From IMG/VR virus record IMGVR_UViG_3300010396_000011, positions 3,818 to 67,817 of that record: a DNA stretch of 64,000 bases. One strand, given 5' to 3'. Below are positions 57,977-64,000 of this stretch, one piece after another. How positions within the stretch are numbered: the first letter of the stretch is position 1; each line of letters begins with the position of its first letter. The stretch comes from a virus. Both the position numbers and the translations under genes were made by a program. A model generated the notes under the pieces. The model ran no database searches. It was not told the DNA's origin and was given only the letters and a program-made list of their open reading frames with translations.

Positions 57977-58219
57977 CTACCAAACCACCGAATACAGGCT
58001 GCGGACGTTGTCGCGGTAGATCGTTTCCCCCTTCGCGAATCCGCCTCCCCCTCGAATAACCATGGCCGTGGACTGGTTCGGCTTGCCGCCGGGGAGCGTC
58101 ACGCGGTGACGGCTCGCCGCTTTTTTCGCAGCCTCCTCGCTCGAATGTGCCGAATACACGCACGTCGTGTTGCCCTGCCCAAATCCGTCTCTATCGATCA
58201 CTGCGTACTGTTTCGTCAT
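57977..58219 (-). CDS. Hypothetical protein
   Basis: AAGGAG RBS; MTKQYAVID...VYSAHSSEEAAKKAA. Confidence 0.6.
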   Translation of the reverse strand: MTKQYAVIDRDGFGQGNTTCVYSAHSSEEAAKKAASRHRVTLPGGKPNQSTAMVIRGGGGFAKGETIYRDNVRSLYSVVW

Positions 58220-58251
58220 CGTCTTTTTCTCCTTCGCCTCAACTTCCGGCC

Positions 58252-58464
58252 TCAAGCCTCCCTCGCGTCCCGCTTTTCGCCCGTCTCGGTATCGAGGATC
58301 GCCCAAGGATGGTGCGCCCATGTGCTCGCGCCCACTGGGTTGCGAATCTGCTTTGTCCGCGCATACACTTTCGCCTTTTCGAGCGTGTCGAACTCAGCGA
58401 CGACTCCAGTGTGCGGCTGGTTAAGTCCGTTGTCGATTCTGACTACTTGGTATCTCTTGTCCAT
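58252..58464 (-). CDS. Hypothetical protein
   Basis: AAGGAG RBS; MDKRYQVV...AEFDTLEKAK.YA. Confidence 0.65.
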   Translation of the reverse strand: MDKRYQVVRIDNGLNQPHTGVVAEFDTLEKAKVYARTKQIRNPVGASTWAHHPWAILDTETGEKRDAREA

Positions 58465-58503
58465 CGTCTTTCTCCTTCGCCGATCACTTCCGGCTACATT
58501 CTG

Positions 58504-58532
58504 ATATTAGGATACTGCTGGCAGAATGTCAA
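58504..58532 (-). promoter_or_regulatory. Sigma70-type promoter
   Basis: TTGACA-17-TAATAT on the minus strand. Confidence 0.7.
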
Positions 58533-58609
58533 TAGGAAAATGCAGAAATCTGCGAAGCACTTGTTAATTGTGGAGATGGGAAATAGGGATGGGTGACCCT
58601 GGCGAAGTA

Positions 58610-58818
58610 TAAGCCCCAGGATAAGCCCCATGACTTTTTTACGATTCTCTATAAGTTGTTGGTGCGGATGATAGGACTTGAACCTACACTCCCTCGCGGG
58701 AACTGGAACCTAAATCCAGCAAAGGGTTATCGCCGGTCTTATCTTGCTTCACTTTGGATCGGTCTTGCCATGAGGCGGCAGCAGGCGTACAGAGGCGATA
58801 AGCCCCACGTAAGCCCCA
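58610..58818. other. attP: 3' half of tRNA-Leu(TAG) (58660-58720, minus strand) with arm repeats
   Basis: rc GCTGGA-TTTAGGT-TCCAG-TTCCCGCGAGGGAGT-GTAGG-TTCAAGT-CCTAT-CATCCGC-ACCA with no 5' half. TAAGCCCCA at 58610, 58622, 58799 and 58810. Confidence 0.88.
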
Positions 58819-58966
58819 GAGCTTAAAACATTTCCTTGACTCCACGTTGTATTCGGGGATACCGTGTAATCGAGCGTGCGCCTTTTCACCGCTCCGCGAC
58901 TGGCCGCGAAGCATGAAGCCCAGCACCTGATTCGCAGCACCCCCTTTTCAACCCCATTCCCTTCAT

Positions 58967-59359
58967 ATGCGCATACCGCCCAGCAGATTGGCCAGCGTGC
59001 TCACCCCTGGATCATCGTTTCAGGTGCGCACATCCGAATATCAGCCATTTGACCGCGCCATGCCGTACACCGAGGCTCTGGCCGCGGCGATTCGCGGCGA
59101 GATCGAGGGTATCGCGACCAGATCCGGGCACATCAAGTGCCTCCGGCAGTTGGCAGCGAGCGAGCGGCCCGTCGTGCGGCCGGAAGCCGGCGCCGAACTG
59201 GCGCCGAAGGGATCGAGTTCCGGCGTGGTGGCGCAACTCAATATGGGCGTCTACCGGCAAGAGGTCGAATCGGCGGTGAAGGATGAATGGGGAGTGCCGA
59301 CGCGCATCATCATCGGCCACGTCTACGCGTTCTGCCAGTTGCGCCACGCTGGGATGTGA
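58967..59359 (+). CDS. Hypothetical protein
   Basis: 130-aa ORF. Confidence 0.55.
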   Translation: MRIPPSRLASVLTPGSSFQVRTSEYQPFDRAMPYTEALAAAIRGEIEGIATRSGHIKCLRQLAASERPVVRPEAGAELAPKGSSSGVVAQLNMGVYRQEVESAVKDEWGVPTRIIIGHVYAFCQLRHAGM

Positions 59360-59534
59360 TGCAGTCCGGAGCCCGATTCATCGCCCGTGAGCGCGGCACG
59401 TTCGAAGCGCCACGCGAATCTGAGCCGGAGCGCGACAAGGCAAAGGCTTTTTGCGGAACGTTTTACGACGCCATCAGAATACACATGGATGGTGATGAAT
59501 TCGCGCGGTTTTGCGCATGGTTTGCGGGGTTGCC

Positions 59535-59855
59535 GTGACGGATCTGCTCACCACCATCTACCATGTAGCGGAGATCGTCATCGCCATTGGATTTCTGGCT
59601 GGGGTGTTCGTATTAGCGACTCGCGGCAAGGCAAAAAACGCAATCGCCGCCGAATGGAAAGAACTGGCGACAGCCAAGGCCGCAAAGATCACCGATCTTG
59701 AATCGCGGGTCTCGCATCTCGAATCGGAACTTCGCGCCGTGCGCAGTGAGAATGATGAATACCGCCGGCTGAACCTGGAGTACCAGGCAGAGGTAGTTGA
59801 GCTGCGACGAAAGGTCGTGGAGCTTGAACGGGAAGTGCAGCGGCATGGACGTTGA
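59535..59855 (+). CDS. Membrane-anchored coiled-coil protein (holin-like?)
   Basis: N-terminal TM segment followed by heptad repeats. Confidence 0.6.
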   Translation: MTDLLTTIYHVAEIVIAIGFLAGVFVLATRGKAKNAIAAEWKELATAKAAKITDLESRVSHLESELRAVRSENDEYRRLNLEYQAEVVELRRKVVELEREVQRHGR

Positions 59856-60091
59856 AGCCAGCGCGAACCGCAACCACCTGACACTCCGCGATGGCAAACT
59901 CACGCCCTGCGTAGATCCGAAATGCGCGTGCCGGCTGTTCGCAACGAAGCACACGAAAGTGGTCGCGTCGGTCGCGAAGCGAGCGGAGTAACTACTAATC
60001 AGTTGTTTGTTACTTACTCCCTCCGCTGAAGCGTCGGGTTCAGGGTAGCAGATAATCGCGGCATTCGACAACGGTAATTTTAGAAGCAGAT

Positions 60092-60616
60092 GTGCAAAAG
60101 CTTGGCAGGCCAACGCGATTCACCAAAGCGATCGCCGATAAAATATGCGAACGTCTCGCCAATGGTGAAACCCTACGGGCGATTTGTCGCGATGAGGGCA
60201 TGCCGCGCGAATCTACTGTTAGAGCGTGGGCGCTCAACGACTTAAACGGATTTTATGCGCAATATACACGCGCTCGCGACCTCGGCCTCGATGCCCTTTC
60301 CGATGAGACTTTGGAGTTGGCGGATATCGTCCGTGAGGGCGTAAAGGTAAAGCAGTACTCCTGCCCGCGGTGTCAGGGAACCGGCGAAGAGAAGTCCGGC
60401 GAATGCCCCAAATGCGGCGGCAGCGGCGGCCTGAAGGAAGTCGTAAGCGGCGACATGGTAGAGCGCGCGCGGCTGCAAGTGGAGACGCGCAAATGGTACC
60501 TGTCGAAGCTGGCGCCGAAGCGGTATGGCGAGCGGCCGGACAGCGACACCAGAGACGACCGTCTCGATGAGATTTTAGACATTGCAAGGGCCGGCCCCCC
60601 AAAAAAGAAAAAGTGA
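60092..60616 (+). CDS. terS: Terminase small subunit with a CxxCxGxG zinc-finger insertion
   Basis: GRPT.FT..IADKICERLANGETLRAIC..EGMP...V..W; ARLQVETRKW.LSKLAPKRYG. Confidence 0.9.
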   Translation: MQKLGRPTRFTKAIADKICERLANGETLRAICRDEGMPRESTVRAWALNDLNGFYAQYTRARDLGLDALSDETLELADIVREGVKVKQYSCPRCQGTGEEKSGECPKCGGSGGLKEVVSGDMVERARLQVETRKWYLSKLAPKRYGERPDSDTRDDRLDEILDIARAGPPKKKK

Positions 60617-61880
60617 GCGTGAACCGAAACTGCTGCCCTTCGGAGAGAAGGCGCACGAGTTCGTTTTCCGCGACCCCGCCAAAGACAAGCGCATCACGAT
60701 CCTGGAAGGGTCGGTTAGATCTTCGAAGACCTGGCAGTTGATCGTAAAAATCGTACTGCTGTGCAAGTACAGGGTCTCAGGGCAGCGCATCATCGTCGGG
60801 GTTTCGAAGGAAGTCATCAAGGCGAACCTGCTCAACGATCTGTTCGAGATCGTAGGCGAAAAGAACTACGACTACAACTCGCAATCCGGTGAGTTGCGGC
60901 TTTTTGATACGCATTGGCGAGTCATCGGGGCCAACGATGAAGGTTCCGAGCGCAGACTCCGCGGCGCCACCGTCGGGATTGCGATCACGGACGAATTGAC
61001 GAAGCTGCCCCGCTCGTTCCTACTGATGCTGTTCAGCCGGTTGAGCCCGCCGGGCGCGCGCTGGTACGCGAGCACGAATCCCGATAGCCCGTACCACTAC
61101 GTAAAGGCCGACATTATCGATGATCCGGCCAAGGCGAAGTACCTGGAAATTATCCACTTCGAACTCGATGACAATCCGAATCTCACTGAGGAATTCAAAG
61201 AGTTTGTGCGGGCTTCGTATGTCGGTGTCTGGCACCAGCGGTTCGTTCTCGGGCTCTGGGTTGTCGCGGAAGGCGCGATCTATCGCGACGCCTTCACGGA
61301 CGCGACGATTTACGACGATGACTCCCGGCCGGTCGGGTTGCTGAGCCGCGGCGGGCATGTGGAGCGCTGGATACCAATCGACGTCGGGACGGTGAACGCA
61401 TTCGCGGCTTTGGACGCCTACGACGACGGCGAGACGATTTGGATTGAGCGCGAGCTTTATTGGGACAGCCGCAAGGAAGCGCGGCAGAAAACGAACGGCG
61501 AATACGCCGACATGCTCATCAAGGGGCATGGCGAAGCATGGCCGGCGCTCAGCGCGGATTCTCGAGAATGGCCGGGCGCGATCGTAGATCCGAGCGCGGC
61601 CAGTTTCAAGCTGGAATTGGCGACGCGCGGCATGTACGTTAGCGACGGCGAGAACGACGTGCTTGAGGGGATTCGCAAGGTTTCCACGATGCTCTCCCGG
61701 CGCCGCTTGCGGGTGCACAAGCGCTGCGTAAACACGATTCGCGAGATGCAGACCTATAGTTGGGACTCGAAGAGATCGGACAAGGGCGTGGAGCAACCGA
61801 TAAAAGCGCATGACCACGCCGCCGACGCGATTAGGTACCTGGTTTCTACGCGGATTGGCGACTGGCGACTGGCGGCATGA
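60582..61880 (+). CDS. terL: Terminase large subunit (PBSX-like)
   Basis: EGSVRSSKT Walker A, LRGAT...DE, STNPDSPYH, DDNP.L, VDPSAASF, DHA.DAIRY. Confidence 0.95.
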   Translation: MQGPAPQKRKSEREPKLLPFGEKAHEFVFRDPAKDKRITILEGSVRSSKTWQLIVKIVLLCKYRVSGQRIIVGVSKEVIKANLLNDLFEIVGEKNYDYNSQSGELRLFDTHWRVIGANDEGSERRLRGATVGIAITDELTKLPRSFLLMLFSRLSPPGARWYASTNPDSPYHYVKADIIDDPAKAKYLEIIHFELDDNPNLTEEFKEFVRASYVGVWHQRFVLGLWVVAEGAIYRDAFTDATIYDDDSRPVGLLSRGGHVERWIPIDVGTVNAFAALDAYDDGETIWIERELYWDSRKEARQKTNGEYADMLIKGHGEAWPALSADSREWPGAIVDPSAASFKLELATRGMYVSDGENDVLEGIRKVSTMLSRRRLRVHKRCVNTIREMQTYSWDSKRSDKGVEQPIKAHDHAADAIRYLVSTRIGDWRLAA

Positions 61881-62692
61881 CCTTCCCCTCCTTCGAGAGA
61901 ATCGCGCGCCTCTACCAGACCCGCATGTCGCGGCTGTTCCAGGACCCGGCCATGCAGGCGCTACTCCTGAATCCAGGAATGCTCGAAAGTCAGGACCTAC
62001 GCAACCGGATTTGGGAACTGGCGCGCGGCATGGCCAGCGAGGTCGCGAAGACGAACGCTACCAGTTGGCGCGCGGCGGCCATGAAGACGACCCGCGCTCG
62101 TGAAATCTACGCTGCCCTCCGGCGTGAGATTGGTACCACGGGTCTCGAGTCGGAGATCAACCGTATCGTGTCCCGTAACGCGCAGTTGATCTCCAGCCTA
62201 CCTCGCGAAGTCGCCGGCCGCGTGACCGCGCGCGCCGCTGAACTGTTCCAGAGCGGTGCCCGGGCCGCCGAGGTCGAGAAGTTCATCCGCGAGCAGGGCG
62301 CGGAAGTGGCGAAGAGCCGGATTCGGCTGATCGCGCGCACGGAAATCAGCCGGGCCGAGACGCAGTTGACGCAGTTTCGCAGCGAGCGCATCGGAATCAG
62401 CCACTATCAGTGGCAAACGGCTGAGGATGGCCGCGTGCGAGCTTCGCACCGGAAGATGAACGGTGTATTGGTGCCGTGGGGCGACCCTCCGGCACCGGAG
62501 CAGTTGATCGGAGAGAAGAGCGGCCTCGGGCATTACGATCCGGGTTGCGCACCGAATTGCCGTTGCGTTGCTCTGCCCCTGGCTGATTTGGCTGAAGTAC
62601 AGTGGCCGGCACGGACCTACGCCTCAGGAGAAATTACGCGGCTCAGTCGTCATGAGTTTCAGCGCCGTTTTGCTGCGAGGGTTGCGGCATGA
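61877..62692 (+). CDS. Minor head protein (MuF / SPP1 gp7-like)
   Basis: LIARTE, Y.W.TAED.RVR.SH..M.G, PG..PNCRC. Confidence 0.9.
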   Translation: MTFPSFERIARLYQTRMSRLFQDPAMQALLLNPGMLESQDLRNRIWELARGMASEVAKTNATSWRAAAMKTTRAREIYAALRREIGTTGLESEINRIVSRNAQLISSLPREVAGRVTARAAELFQSGARAAEVEKFIREQGAEVAKSRIRLIARTEISRAETQLTQFRSERIGISHYQWQTAEDGRVRASHRKMNGVLVPWGDPPAPEQLIGEKSGLGHYDPGCAPNCRCVALPLADLAEVQWPARTYASGEITRLSRHEFQRRFAARVAA

Positions 62693-62866
62693 TGTGGCCC
62701 CATCTCTTTCCTTTCATCACCGGGGGCTCATAAGGCCGCCCTGCAACGTCTTTAGGGGCGCTTTGACCGGCTGAATAGCAGGTTTGCGCTTAGTCGCTAC
62801 CTGAGCACAGTAAGTTGCTCGGATATCTTTTGTTCTGCGTTCCTTTCGAGACAGGCGATTACTCAT

Positions 62867-63049
62867 TTAGGCTTCGGCTTTCGGAAAGCCCTCTTTAGCT
62901 ATGCGCAAGAGTTCTTCGCGGGGTATCAATACGCGGCGACCGTACTGGACGTGTTTGATCCTTCCGGCCAGAATGTCGCGCGTGAAGGTGTGCTGCGAAA
63001 TCCCGGTCAATTCTTCAGCCTCTTTTTTGCTGTAAAGCAGTTTTTCCAT
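62867..63049 (-). CDS. Small HTH (Xis-like) DNA-binding protein
   Basis: LLYSKKEAEELTGIS..T...I.AG.I..V..GRRVLIP. Confidence 0.75.
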   Translation of the reverse strand: MEKLLYSKKEAEELTGISQHTFTRDILAGRIKHVQYGRRVLIPREELLRIAKEGFPKAEA

Positions 63050-63090
63050 ATCTCAATTATCCAGTATTTGTAGGTATACACAAGCGATTT

Positions 63091-63354
63091 ATGACTAACC
63101 GCGAAAAAGCCCTCTTGAAACTGCTGCGCATGCTGGCGCAGAGCGGCCCCGAATTCGATGAGATCGGCGTCGAAGACTGGGCCAATCTGAAGATGTACGG
63201 GACGTACATGCGCAATCGCGGCATGAAGGCGAAGGACATCATGGTCTTCAGTAGTTATGAGCCGGGACAAATGTGGGTGCGCTTCAAGGAAGATCGCGAC
63301 CCCGGAGTCATTGGGCTTGTCGGAATGGTGAATTCGCCAGCGGGTGGCGTATGA
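63091..63354 (+). CDS. Hypothetical protein
   Basis: 87-aa ORF. Confidence 0.55.
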   Translation: MTNREKALLKLLRMLAQSGPEFDEIGVEDWANLKMYGTYMRNRGMKAKDIMVFSSYEPGQMWVRFKEDRDPGVIGLVGMVNSPAGGV

Positions 63355-63539
63355 ACCCAATCGAAGCCGAAAAGATCTGTCGCAATTGCGAATTCTGGGA
63401 TGGCGGCGGAGAAAAAGCAGCCAAGGTAGCCGAGACCGGAGATTGTCTTAATAGCCGCAGTCCCCGGTTTACCACAACCCATGACTTTACGTGTGACGCG
63501 TTCTTAGCGTCCTCAACCACGAATCAAGAAAACAGCTAG
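63351..63539 (+). CDS. Small Cys-rich protein
   Basis: CRNCEFW...GDC...T..DFTCDAF. Confidence 0.55.
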   Translation: MNPIEAEKICRNCEFWDGGGEKAAKVAETGDCLNSRSPRFTTTHDFTCDAFLASSTTNQENS

Positions 63540-63547
63540 CACCCCTC

Positions 63548-64000
63548 GTGAGCTATTCGAACACACGCGCCCGTCTCGGAACGGGCTCCAGCAACCTTGC
63601 GGAATCGGCGGAATACCCGCTGGTTCGCATCAGCAATAACTACATGCTGCTGCTGTCCCTGTACCGGGGAAGCTGGATATCTCGCAAGGTGGTCGACGTT
63701 CTCGCGGAAGACATGCTGAAGCACATGCCCCGGCTGAACTGCGAAATGCCTCCCGAGGCGATCGACAAGTTTGACCGCGTGGTAAAGCGGACGGCAACGC
63801 AGGGGAAATTGCTCGAAGCACTGAAGTGGGGCCGCTTGTTCGGCGGCGCCGTCGCGCTGATGGTGATTGACGGCGTGGAGGACCTGTCCGCGCCACTGGA
63901 TTTCGATGAGATCCTGCCTGGCAAGTACCGCGGCCTGATCGTGCTGGACCGCTGGAGCGGCGTGTACCCCGATTCGCAACTGGTGACGGACATCAACAAC
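63548..64000 (+). CDS. Portal protein (DUF1073-like), 5' part
   Basis: N.RARLG.G..N.....EY...LLSLYRGSWISRKVVDVLAEDM...ALKWGRLFGG; runs off the window. Confidence 0.88.
   Translation, partial: MSYSNTRARLGTGSSNLAESAEYPLVRISNNYMLLLSLYRGSWISRKVVDVLAEDMLKHMPRLNCEMPPEAIDKFDRVVKRTATQGKLLEALKWGRLFGGAVALMVIDGVEDLSAPLDFDEILPGKYRGLIVLDRWSGVYPDSQLVTDINN

Noticed and set aside
58660-58720. Functional tRNA-Leu gene
   Set aside because: The D-arm and 5' acceptor strand are absent, so it is interpreted as the attP core.
60595-60616. -1 frameshift at A AAA AAG fusing TerS to TerL
   Set aside because: TerL is in the +1 frame relative to TerS. The -1 frame gives an unrelated short peptide.
63548-64000. Anti-CBASS Acb1 (a label often attached to DUF1073 proteins)
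   Set aside because: The visible part is portal-like in sequence and context. No HxT phosphoesterase motifs are visible.

Overview
The whole window is a temperate contractile-tailed (myovirus-like) phage genome in its excised form. An intact attP, containing the 3' half of tRNA-Leu(TAG), is flanked by phage genes on both sides. The window starts inside the major capsid gene and ends inside the portal gene, so it is probably most of a circular genome. The inferred host is an Acidobacteriota (Bryobacterales/Solibacter-like) bacterium, based on a TIGR03437-like protein and a PEP-CTERM protein. Layout: head-tail, sheath, tube, tape measure and baseplate (1-16.9 kb); about 13 kb of six consecutive signal-peptide-bearing, Cys-rich fibre/adhesin-like genes (17-30 kb); an accessory and lysis region with patatin, holin and GH73 endolysin (30-36 kb); a ~330-nt highly structured intergenic RNA candidate (37.6-37.95 kb); a switch built from two divergent ribbon-helix-helix regulators (39.3-39.9 kb); early genes (RecT, exonuclease, methyltransferases, RusA, HNH, replication initiator, SET domain, Xis/Int); attP; then terminase, MuF and portal. 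The most striking signals are: (i) an ISL3 transposon and a non-autonomous sister element whose end motif (TCGGATT-N3-GTGTG, 8 copies) also brackets captured phage-like cargo genes internally; (ii) the large structured RNA; (iii) the secreted fibre cluster; (iv) a His-less HisKA mimic and a C5-methyltransferase coded in two overlapping frames. All family names come from motif recognition by eye; no database searches were run.
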